Origin: an uncultured Gammaproteobacteria bacterium
GTDB taxonomy: Bacteria; Patescibacteriota; Microgenomatia; Levybacterales; UBA12049
DNA length: 39,202 nt
Assembly: GCA_964389405.1 (NCBI GenBank)
Contig: CAYMDS010000001.1
Span: 1 to 39,202 of the forward strand
Reading direction: 5' to 3'
Below the pieces are notes generated by a model, which had not been told where the DNA came from, ran no database searches, and worked only from the letters and a program-made list of their open reading frames with translations. A program made the translations under genes and the position numbers. How positions within the stretch are numbered: position 1 is the stretch's first letter; each line of letters begins with the position of its first letter. Below are positions 26,498 to 33,261 of this stretch, piece after piece.

Positions 26498-26722
26498 TTA
26501 TTCAACTTTTTGTTGAATGCCTAGTAGCCACAGAACTGCTTCTTTTTTATATCTTCTATCACCTCGGGAATTAATGCGAATGGCCGGAAGCTTCCCCCGC
26601 TTCCCCCATCTTTTAATTGTTAGCGGTGATACTCGTAAGATGTTAGCTACTTCTCTTACTGTTAATAGATCCGGGAGTTTTTCAATAGAAAGATTTTTGT
26701 TTGCGGAAAGATCACCGTTCAT
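26498..26722 (-). CDS. Excisionase/MerR-type helix-turn-helix DNA-binding protein (74 aa)
   Basis: LLTVREVANILRVSPLTIKRWGKRGKLPAIRINSRGDRRYKKEAV matches the excisionase-family HTH pattern. Confidence 0.65.
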   Translation of the reverse strand: MNGDLSANKNLSIEKLPDLLTVREVANILRVSPLTIKRWGKRGKLPAIRINSRGDRRYKKEAVLWLLGIQQKVE

Positions 26723-26794
26723 AGTACCTAAATATGTAAAACCTAATTACACAGTAACAAACTATAACAAACTTGTCAATAGCAATCGTGGGTA

Positions 26795-26860
26795 TAAAAA
26801 AAGTATCTAGCAAAAAGAATTAGTATTAAATTTAATACTTTATACTTAATACTAGATACT
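26795..26860 (-). terminator. Candidate intrinsic terminator downstream of rplL: compound hairpin followed by a U-run
   Basis: Minus strand: AGTATCTAG (26860-26852) pairs with CTAGATACT (26810-26802). This encloses the perfect 18-bp palindrome AGTATTAAATTTAATACT (26822-26839) and is followed by TTTTTT (26801-26796). Confidence 0.5.
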
Positions 26861-26863
26861 ATT

Positions 26864-27253
26864 TTATTTAAGTTCAACCGTTCCACCTGCCGTTGTGAGC
26901 TTTTCTTTAGCCTCTTCAGCAGTTTTCTTATTTACCTGCGTCAGGACTTCTTTTGGAGCTGTATCAGCAAGGTCTTTCGCTTCTTTGAGTCCCAATGTCG
27001 GAACCAGTTCTCTTATCGCTTTAATGACAGCGATTTTATTAGCTCCGGCACTTGTCAGTACTACGTTGAATACAGTCTGTTCTTCCTTCGGCTCATTTGA
27101 TGCTTCAGCAGGACCCGCTGCCGGGGCTGCCACAGCCATAGCCTGGGCTGAGACTCCAAACTTTTCCTCTAGTGCTTTTACAAGATCTGACAATTCTAAA
27201 ACTGACATTTCTTCAATCGCGCTCATTAATTCTTCTTTTGTAAGTTTTGCCAT
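26864..27253 (-). CDS. rplL: 50S ribosomal protein L7/L12
   Basis: [34 protein letters not shown], an Ala/Pro hinge and C-terminal [18 protein letters not shown]...VELK. A strong SD (GGGAGGTG) sits upstream. Confidence 0.97.
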   Translation of the reverse strand: MAKLTKEELMSAIEEMSVLELSDLVKALEEKFGVSAQAMAVAAPAAGPAEASNEPKEEQTVFNVVLTSAGANKIAVIKAIRELVPTLGLKEAKDLADTAPKEVLTQVNKKTAEEAKEKLTTAGGTVELK

Positions 27254-27277
27254 ATGTCACCTCCCTTCGGTCAGTGA

Positions 27278-27348
27278 GAATAAAGAATCAAGATACATGA
27301 ATCGCAAATGGTGTTTGTTCTTGAATCTTGCTTCTTGAATCATGATTC
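27278..27348. repeat. Heptamer-periodic imperfect hairpin in the rplJ-rplL spacer (GAATAAA GAATCAA GATACAT GAATCGC / CTTGAAT CTTGCTT CTTGAAT CATGATT)
   Basis: Read by eye. The left arm 27278-27305 is complementary to the right arm 27321-27348 at roughly two-thirds of positions. Both arms have 7-nt periodicity. Confidence 0.4.
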
Positions 27349-27350
27349 GC

Positions 27351-27911
27351 TCACTGCTTTTTTTCTTTAACTGCACTTAAAGTCATTACAAATCTTTGTA
27401 AATTCCAGTTAAGAGCCCTATGGAATCCTGATATAGGAGATTGTAATTGTCCAAGGAGTTGGGCTCTGAGATGTGGCAAAGGTGGGAGTTTAGATAACTT
27501 ATCTATTTGAGTAGCATCTAGAATTTGGCCGTCTATAAATCCCTTTTTTACAACAGGTAAATTTAATGCCTTGATTGATTTAGCAAGCTCTTTTAAAGGC
27601 GATAGAACATCATCATATATAAAAAGCGTAGCGGTAGGACCATCAAAATTGAGAGTTGAGAGTTGAGAGTTGATAGCTTCGTTGTCTTTCGTGCCATCAT
27701 TCAATGCAATTTTGAGTAGTGTATTTTTGGTGGCGACGTACTCTGCATTAATTGACTTCATGGCGCGTTTTATTGTCTCAAGCTGTTGGTGGGTGAGGCC
27801 TTGATAGTCAGTGAAGACGAATCCTTTCGCATTTTGGACTTTTTCAACAATTTCGCCTACAATCGCTTGCTTTTTTTGTTTATTTGCACTTACTTGTTTA
27901 TCATTTTTCAT
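27351..27911 (-). CDS. rplJ: 50S ribosomal protein L10
   Basis: Position upstream of rplL, size (186 aa), and KQAIVGEIVEKVQNAKGFVFTDYQGLTHQQLETIKRAMK, typical of the L10 N-terminus. Confidence 0.93.
   Translation of the reverse strand: MKNDKQVSANKQKKQAIVGEIVEKVQNAKGFVFTDYQGLTHQQLETIKRAMKSINAEYVATKNTLLKIALNDGTKDNEAINSQLSTLNFDGPTATLFIYDDVLSPLKELAKSIKALNLPVVKKGFIDGQILDATQIDKLSKLPPLPHLRAQLLGQLQSPISGFHRALNWNLQRFVMTLSAVKEKKQ
27649..27676. repeat. Four tandem heptamers inside rplJ (+ strand TTGAGAG x3, TTGATAG), encoding part of INSQLSTLNF
   Basis: Read directly. Confidence 0.9.
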
Positions 27912-27940
27912 AAAAAAAAAGACACTCCTTTACGAGTGCC
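27912..27940 (-). promoter_or_regulatory. Terminator-like hairpin plus U9 immediately before the rplJ start codon (candidate L10-leader attenuator / SD-sequestering element)
   Basis: Minus strand: GGCACTC-GTAAAG-GAGTGTC (7-bp stem with one G-U) followed directly by TTTTTTTTT and then ATG. The only SD-like AAGGAG lies in the loop and 3' arm. Confidence 0.5.
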
Positions 27941-27945
27941 GGAAA

Positions 27946-28001
27946 GAATTTAGAATTATGAATTTAGAATTATGAATTCTAAACTATGAATTCTGAATTG
28001 T
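27946..28001. repeat. Eight tandem heptamers (GAATTTA GAATTAT GAATTTA GAATTAT GAATTCT AAACTAT GAATTCT GAATTGT) with a central 9-bp/3-nt-loop hairpin, in the rplJ 5' leader
   Basis: Read directly. The hairpin core is 27963-27971 / 27975-27983. Confidence 0.7.
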
Positions 28002-28092
28002 TTAAGCTCCTCGATGGGACTTATTTATTAATGCCCATTGTCTTAGGTTTTCGTATGATATCACGGCGATCTCATGATTGTCAACGCTCGGG

Positions 28093-29196
28093 TCACACAA
28101 GCATGTGCCCTGCGAGAAGAATAATTGGTAACAGCAGAAGGGCTACAAGCATCATATTGGTAGGATCCATTTGTCCAGCAGCATAATTCTCCATAGGAGT
28201 CAGAGTAGCTGTCGGAAAATCTGTACTTGTGGGAGGGATTGATGTAGGTGTTGTGTCCTGGCATACTGAAGGAGCTATTCCGCAGGACGTTCCACAGGAT
28301 AAGGGCTTAGGAGGATTTACTGCCCACGCATGCCAGGCTGGATCATCTTCAGTTAGCGGGCCATCTACACCTTTCCAATTTTCTGCTCGTTCCCGACATG
28401 CCTCTTTATCGTAAGTGGACTCTCCATACTCACACTCAGGCCAACCACTTCTTCTTGAATCTTCTTCACAATATGGAGTGTTTGTTGGTGTAGGTGAAGA
28501 AGAAGGATCCGGAGTCGGTGTGTCATCCTGATCCGGAGTAGGAGAAGGTGTAGTGGTAGGCGTTGGGCCGCCAAAAGTTGGGATCTGTGTAATCTCCGGA
28601 CCACCGTCTCCTGTAGGATCGCCTGTAAGTATTAAACTTAACGGTATAACTGTACCTAAGACATTATCAGTAGCGTTATCTACCGGTGCGACAGAGAGTA
28701 TATAAGAGGACTCACCGAAATGCACTAAAGCTTCCTCTCCTTCAGTAGGCGCTTCTGCTATAAAGCTTACTGATGCAGCTTTCGTGACAGTAGTTATAGC
28801 ATTGGTCGGATCAAAGCCTACAGATAGTTCCGCGCGGATTCTTCCTGGTGTAAGAAGTGGTCCATCTAGAAGAGAAGGGAAGGCTTGAGTGTTAGGTATA
28901 AATGAGGAATTTGGATCAACAGTGAGCTTAGTGGGATCATAAAGTATGTCAATTAGTATATAGGATACAGCATGAGATCCCGGGTTTACCATAATATCGA
29001 CAGTGAAATTTTCTCCTGTATTTTTAGATATAGGTGAAGGTGAATAATATAACGTAGCATTTCCAGATGCAGCAGTTCTATTTTCTTTAGGGTTTTTTAA
29101 CGATACGATTGTAAGGGGGATAGCTAAAATCACTGCGATCAAATACGCAATTACAAAAAGTAACACCTTATCTTTCCACAGTCTTTTTACATGCAT
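28093..29196 (-). CDS. Membrane-anchored surface protein: N-terminal signal anchor, cohesin-like beta-sandwich domain, Pro/Thr linker, Cys-rich domain, C-terminal hydrophobic helix
   Basis: MHVKRLWKDKVLLFVIAYLIAVILAIPL; GENFTVDIMVNPGSHAVSYILIDILYDPTKLTV (cohesin-type pattern); PTPTTTPSPTPDQDDTPTPDPSSSPTPTNTP; 7 Cys in ~80 aa; C-terminal MMLVALLLLPIILLAGHMLV. Visibly GC-richer than the flanking ribosomal genes. Confidence 0.6.
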   Translation of the reverse strand: MHVKRLWKDKVLLFVIAYLIAVILAIPLTIVSLKNPKENRTAASGNATLYYSPSPISKNTGENFTVDIMVNPGSHAVSYILIDILYDPTKLTVDPNSSFIPNTQAFPSLLDGPLLTPGRIRAELSVGFDPTNAITTVTKAASVSFIAEAPTEGEEALVHFGESSYILSVAPVDNATDNVLGTVIPLSLILTGDPTGDGGPEITQIPTFGGPTPTTTPSPTPDQDDTPTPDPSSSPTPTNTPYCEEDSRRSGWPECEYGESTYDKEACRERAENWKGVDGPLTEDDPAWHAWAVNPPKPLSCGTSCGIAPSVCQDTTPTSIPPTSTDFPTATLTPMENYAAGQMDPTNMMLVALLLLPIILLAGHMLV

Positions 29197-29253
29197 ATAC
29201 CAATAGTATTCTTTTTAGAAAAGTGTTGTCAATAAATTGAAGCGAAAGAAGAA

Positions 29254-30084
29254 TTAACTAAGTGAATTGATGTCCAGTCTGATGCCGGGGGACATAGTAG
29301 ATTTAAGGGTAACATTCTTTATGTTTTTCATTTGGATTGCTGTTATCGCCGTTCTTATATTTTCTGAAAGTTTATTTTCTCCAAATGAAACTTTTCCTAC
29401 CATCATATGAAGTATGGGGAATTTTGCTTCAGTTTTAAAGTTTATTTGTCCTCCTTCATATTGCTTTGCGGCATCATTTGGCTTCGGGGTTACTGTGCCA
29501 TTTTTGGGATTTGGCATAAGGCCTTTCGGACCCAAGACTCGTGCTATACGAGCAAGTTTAGGCATAGAATCAGGTGTTGCTATAAGAATGTCAAAGTCAA
29601 TTACTCCTGATTCTACTTTTTTAATTAAATCTTCAAGACTCTTCGAATCCTCTGATTGACTGACTATGGTAACGCGCGTTTTTTTTCCGGAACCATGTGG
29701 AAGTGTTACATTACCAGATATGCCTTTCTCTGTGGTATTAATATGAAGTTCCACAGATTCATCGTATTTGGCAAGTCCGAGTTTAGGAAGAAGTGATAAA
29801 GCTTCAGTTAGTGAATATTGTTTGGATTTATCTAGGAGAGCTACTTTTTGTTGATATACACCTGATCTTTTGGATTTGGCATGTTTAGAGGCGTATTTGC
29901 TTTTCGTTTTTGGTTTAATTTCGGATGTGTTTATAGGAGGGTTATCTTTTGGATTTTCTTTCGTTTCTGCATTATCAGCCTCTCTTTTTTCTGCACGCTT
30001 TGCCTCTGCCCGTTTGCGAGCTTCTTCCTCTTGTTTTTTTTCTTTTTCTTCATCGCCGAGCGATTTGATTCTAATTTTACCCAT
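29254..30084 (-). CDS. rplA: 50S ribosomal protein L1 with a ~65-aa Lys/Glu-rich N-terminal extension
   Basis: Core: YSLTEALSLLPKL...YDESVELHINT...GNVTLPHGSGKKTRV...LGPKGLMPNPKNGTVT...HMMVGKVSF. 276 aa, versus about 230 aa as I recall for typical L1. Confidence 0.93.
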   Translation of the reverse strand: MGKIRIKSLGDEEKEKKQEEEARKRAEAKRAEKREADNAETKENPKDNPPINTSEIKPKTKSKYASKHAKSKRSGVYQQKVALLDKSKQYSLTEALSLLPKLGLAKYDESVELHINTTEKGISGNVTLPHGSGKKTRVTIVSQSEDSKSLEDLIKKVESGVIDFDILIATPDSMPKLARIARVLGPKGLMPNPKNGTVTPKPNDAAKQYEGGQINFKTEAKFPILHMMVGKVSFGENKLSENIRTAITAIQMKNIKNVTLKSTMSPGIRLDINSLS

Positions 30085-30094
30085 AGTTTATTAA

Positions 30095-30171
30095 AGTTAT
30101 AAGTTATGAGTCCTGAGTTATGAGTCAAACTGCATTTCTAACTCATAATTCATAATTTATAACTCATAACT
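30095..30171. repeat. ~77-bp heptamer-built hairpin element (AGTTATA AGTTATG AGTCCTG AGTTATG AGT ... ACTCATA ATTCATA ATTTATA ACTCATA ACT), rplK-rplA spacer
   Basis: Arm pairing checked by hand: ~32-bp stem with a few mismatches and G-U pairs, ~15-nt loop. Near-identical copy at 30610-30686. Confidence 0.8.
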
Positions 30172-30177
30172 TGCTGT

Positions 30178-30600
30178 TTATTTTACCTCAACGCCCATAC
30201 TACGTGCTGTACCAATTACTATCTTAACTGCTGGCTGTAATTCATTCGTATTCAGGTCTTCCATTTTTTGTTTTGCTATCTCTTCAGCTTGAGATACAGA
30301 AATCACACCGCCTGATTCACGGCCTGGTTTCTGAGAGCCTTTTTCTTTTTTTAAAGCCTTCTTAATCATCTCAGCAACCGGTGGCTTTTTCGTAATGAAG
30401 GTGAATGTTCTATCTTCATAAACTGTTATAACTACAGGAAGAATATTGCCTTTTTGATCGGCTGTTTTATCATTGTAAGCCTTTACGAATTCCATGATCG
30501 GCAATCCGTGTTGACCTAAGGCAGGGCCTACAGGTGGTGCTGGAGTTGCAGCACCTGCTGGAATATTAAGTTTAATAAGTGTTTTAATTTTTTTAGCCAT
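30178..30600 (-). CDS. rplK: 50S ribosomal protein L11
   Basis: [43 protein letters not shown] is the canonical L11 N-terminus. Confidence 0.97.
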   Translation of the reverse strand: MAKKIKTLIKLNIPAGAATPAPPVGPALGQHGLPIMEFVKAYNDKTADQKGNILPVVITVYEDRTFTFITKKPPVAEMIKKALKKEKGSQKPGRESGGVISVSQAEEIAKQKMEDLNTNELQPAVKIVIGTARSMGVEVK

Positions 30601-30609
30601 ATATTAAAA

Positions 30610-30686
30610 AATTATGAGTTATGAGTGCTGAGTTATGAGTTTAACTACGTTATTTACTCATAATTCATAATTCGTAACTCATAACT
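30610..30686. repeat. Second copy of the ~77-bp heptamer-built hairpin element (AATTATG AGTTATG AGTGCTG AGTTATG AGT ... ACTCATA ATTCATA ATTCGTA ACTCATA ACT), nusG-rplK spacer
   Basis: Arm pairing checked by hand. Same architecture and nearly the same sequence as 30095-30171. Confidence 0.8.
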
Positions 30687-30689
30687 ATT

Positions 30690-31262
30690 TTATATTTTTT
30701 TCACTTGTAAAAAATCTAACTCTACCACTGTTTCTCTTCCGAATAAAGTAACCAATACTTTCAGTTTACCCCGCGCTTCATCTATCGCATCAACAGTTCC
30801 TAGGAAATCAGTAAGAGGGCCATCAACAATTTTTACTGCCTCGCCAGTCGTGAAAGCAGTTTTATATAGAGGTTGTTCCTGCTTCATGAATTGTTTTATC
30901 GCTTCAACCTCATTGTCAGAAATTGGGGTAGGCTTATTGCCAGCACCGATAAAAGCAGTCACACCTTGAGTGGATCTTACTAAAAGCCATGTCTCATCAT
31001 CCAGAATCATCCGAATTAGAACGTATCCTGGAAAAATTTTCTCCTGAACATTTTCCTTTTTTCCGGATGATACTTTTATAGTGCTTCTAGTTGGAACGAT
31101 AATATCGAAAACCCTTTCATCAAATCCTAAAGATTGCACCCGCTGCTGCAGATTTTTCGCCACCTTATTCTCATGGCCGGCATAAGTATGAACGATGTAC
31201 CACTTGCCCTGATCTGATGCGGTCTTTGCTTTTTCTTCTGTGACTGTAGTTGTAGTATCCAT
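30690..31262 (-). CDS. nusG: Transcription termination/antitermination factor NusG
   Basis: KWYIVHTYAGHENKVAKNL (NGN domain) and GEAVKIVDGPLTDFLGTV...LKVLVTLFGRETVVELDF (KOW domain). Confidence 0.95.
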   Translation of the reverse strand: MDTTTTVTEEKAKTASDQGKWYIVHTYAGHENKVAKNLQQRVQSLGFDERVFDIIVPTRSTIKVSSGKKENVQEKIFPGYVLIRMILDDETWLLVRSTQGVTAFIGAGNKPTPISDNEVEAIKQFMKQEQPLYKTAFTTGEAVKIVDGPLTDFLGTVDAIDEARGKLKVLVTLFGRETVVELDFLQVKKI

Positions 31263-31372
31263 ATATTCCTTTCTCCCGATTTAATCGGGATTCAGTCAAA
31301 ATAAAAGATTAAAAATGAGATCTCAAAGATTTTATTTTTAATTTATATTTCTGAGATTTTATCTTTGATTTT

Positions 31373-31873
31373 TTATTTGCCATTTCCGACGATAACCTGT
31401 GCTGGTCTTAATACAGTATCAAACAACATATACCCAGCCCGCACTTCTTTCAATACCTTATTCTCTTCCCCCTCTATGCTACTTATCGCTTCCATAAGAT
31501 ATGGATCGAAATCTTTTCCTATAGTATCAATCTTTATAACTCCTTCGATTTTCAAAATACTAAGAAATTGGTCAATGCTTACTCTTATATTCTTATCTTC
31601 TGTATGTAAAGCCGCAAGAGTTAATGTATCTAAAACAGGAAGAATTCGCAAGAGCAAATCTCTATTTGCTGATTTTACCCACTCAGATTTTTTTTCTCTT
31701 ACCCACTTTTCCTGATTCTGGTAATCCGCAAGCGCTCTTTTCCACTTACCTTCAAACTCTTTAACTTTGTTCTCCAATTCCTCAATTTTATTGTTTTCTT
31801 TAGTATCTTCAACTACTTCCTGATTTTCATTTTTTTCTTCATTATTTTTCGCGTTATTATCATCTTTTTTCAT
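31373..31873 (-). CDS. grpE: Nucleotide exchange factor GrpE
   Basis: Acidic/Lys-rich N-terminus, KRALADYQNQEKWVRE, DPYLMEAI...VLRPAQVIV. Lies downstream of hrcA. Confidence 0.9.
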   Translation of the reverse strand: MKKDDNNAKNNEEKNENQEVVEDTKENNKIEELENKVKEFEGKWKRALADYQNQEKWVREKKSEWVKSANRDLLLRILPVLDTLTLAALHTEDKNIRVSIDQFLSILKIEGVIKIDTIGKDFDPYLMEAISSIEGEENKVLKEVRAGYMLFDTVLRPAQVIVGNGK

Positions 31874-31919
31874 TTTTTTTATTTTTTGAGATTTGATTTT
31901 TAAGCTTTAATTTTTTCTC

Positions 31920-32663
31920 CTACCATCCCTTGGCGATTTCATGCACTAATCCCCGTATTTTGCGGATAGTTGGAACTACATATGTATAATTCAAACGGAC
32001 TGGTCCTATAACGCCTATAGCGCCTCGATGCTGCATGGGTGTCTCATAGGTGGTATACACCAAACTATATGGTCCCTGAAGAATTGAGGCTAAATCATCA
32101 CCTAGAAGAATTTGCACATCTTCATCTTGTGCCATGGGCTGAGAGACAAGCTGTTGCAGGTATTCATGGCGATCTATAGCTTCAAGCAGGTGCTTCGTAA
32201 CGTCTATATCGTAAAATTCAGGCATATCCAAAATATTTGCATAACCTGAACAGTAAAGATCACCTTCATCAGTCGTCGCGATAGCAAGGACTCCTGTTCT
32301 TTCAGCCAAAGATCTAGCAACTTCACGAAGGAAACGACCTGACTGCTCTCTGTAATCCCAAACCTTTTCCTTCATCGCGACCTCTTCGCCCACAGAAATA
32401 TCTTTCTCCCTCATCAGCTCATTTACATAAAACTTCATACCGCGGGGAGTCGGCATACGACCTGCAGACGAATGAGGCTTCTGAAGATAGCCCATCTCAG
32501 TAAGCTTCACCATTTCATTTCTAATAGTTGCGGGACTTGCGCTTATACTATGCCGTTTTTCGAGCGTTTCTGATCCTACAGGCTCTGCAGTACTAATATA
32601 TTCTTCCACCAGAGCCTTTAATATCTCTATTTGTCGCTGGGTTAGATTGTGAATTCCTTCCAT
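31920..32663 (-). CDS. hrcA: Heat-inducible transcription repressor HrcA (short form, 247 aa)
   Basis: LTQRQIEILKALVEEYISTAEPVGSETL...SPATIRNEMVKLTEMGYLQKPHSSAGRMPT is the canonical HrcA winged-helix N-terminus. Confidence 0.9.
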   Translation of the reverse strand: MEGIHNLTQRQIEILKALVEEYISTAEPVGSETLEKRHSISASPATIRNEMVKLTEMGYLQKPHSSAGRMPTPRGMKFYVNELMREKDISVGEEVAMKEKVWDYREQSGRFLREVARSLAERTGVLAIATTDEGDLYCSGYANILDMPEFYDIDVTKHLLEAIDRHEYLQQLVSQPMAQDEDVQILLGDDLASILQGPYSLVYTTYETPMQHRGAIGVIGPVRLNYTYVVPTIRKIRGLVHEIAKGW

Positions 32664-32760
32664 AAATACGAATTAATTTTAATTATAATAGTCTAAATTT
32701 ATCCAAATGATTAATAGCGATATATTCGAATTATTCCTATCCGGATAGATTAGAATCTAA

Positions 32761-32787
32761 TTAGCAAAATAATATCACGAGTGCCAA
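32761..32787. promoter_or_regulatory. Degenerate CIRCE-like operator (minus strand TTGGCACTC-N9-TTTTGCTAA; consensus as recalled TTAGCACTC-N9-GAGTGCTAA)
   Basis: 8/9 and 6/9 half-site matches. It lies ~100 nt upstream of the hrcA start and overlaps the predicted promoter spacer and -10. Confidence 0.55.
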
Positions 32788-32797
32788 ATTGTGTCAA
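32769..32797 (-). promoter_or_regulatory. Near-consensus sigma70 promoter of hrcA-grpE: TTGACA-N17-TATTAT
   Basis: Minus strand: -35 at 32797-32792, 17-nt spacer caatttggcactcgtga, -10 at 32774-32769. Confidence 0.6.
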
Positions 32798-32880
32798 GCC
32801 CTATAGTGTCCGATCTTTCAATTTTCTTACTCATCTGTGAAGCGTTTATCACTATCTTTACCTATACTGTATATTAACTT

Positions 32881-33261
32881 ATGTTTGTGTTACTTATTAT
32901 AACTTTATTCGGTATACTTTTCTCCTTCATTGCTACTCAAAACACTGTCAATGTCCCAATTCAGTTGATAAACCTACAATTTACTAATGTACCTTTATAC
33001 CTAGTAATTTTATGCTCCTTATTAATAGGGATATTCTTATCTTGGGGATTAAGTCTTGTAGATTGGGCTTCAAATACCTTGGCTCTTTCCAAAAAAAATG
33101 GAGACCTGAAGCATTCTCAAAAAGAAATCTCTAAACTACAAAATCAAGTCAATAATTTGCAAATAGAAAATTCAAGACTCCGTGGAGAAAAAGAGGAAAT
33201 TAAGAAAGATTATTCACCTCCCAGCCTTCTTGATCGCTTCCGTCACATTGCATCAATTTAA
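32881..33261 (+). CDS. Small membrane protein with a LapA/DUF1049-like two-TM domain and a C-terminal coiled coil
   Basis: LLIITLFGILFSFIATQNTVNVPIQLINLQFTNVPLYLVILCSLLIGIFLSWG, followed by heptad-like KLQNQVNNLQIENSRLRGEKEE. Confidence 0.6.
   Translation: MFVLLIITLFGILFSFIATQNTVNVPIQLINLQFTNVPLYLVILCSLLIGIFLSWGLSLVDWASNTLALSKKNGDLKHSQKEISKLQNQVNNLQIENSRLRGEKEEIKKDYSPPSLLDRFRHIASI

Noticed and set aside
26498-26722. Excisionase-type HTH gene as evidence for a prophage or integrative element next to rplL.
   Set aside because: No integrase, att-like direct repeats or phage genes are in the window. Stand-alone HTH proteins of this type are common regulators.
27946-28001. Possibility that the tandem short repeats (here and at 30095-30686) are a CRISPR array.
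   Set aside because: The units are only 7 nt, are contiguous without spacers, and form inverted arms. No cas genes are present. This is not CRISPR architecture.
31263-31372. Search for a small secE gene or a tRNA in the grpE-nusG spacer.
   Set aside because: The spacer has no ORF and is too short (110 nt) for SecE. No cloverleaf-compatible sequence or GTTCxAxTC T-loop box was seen.
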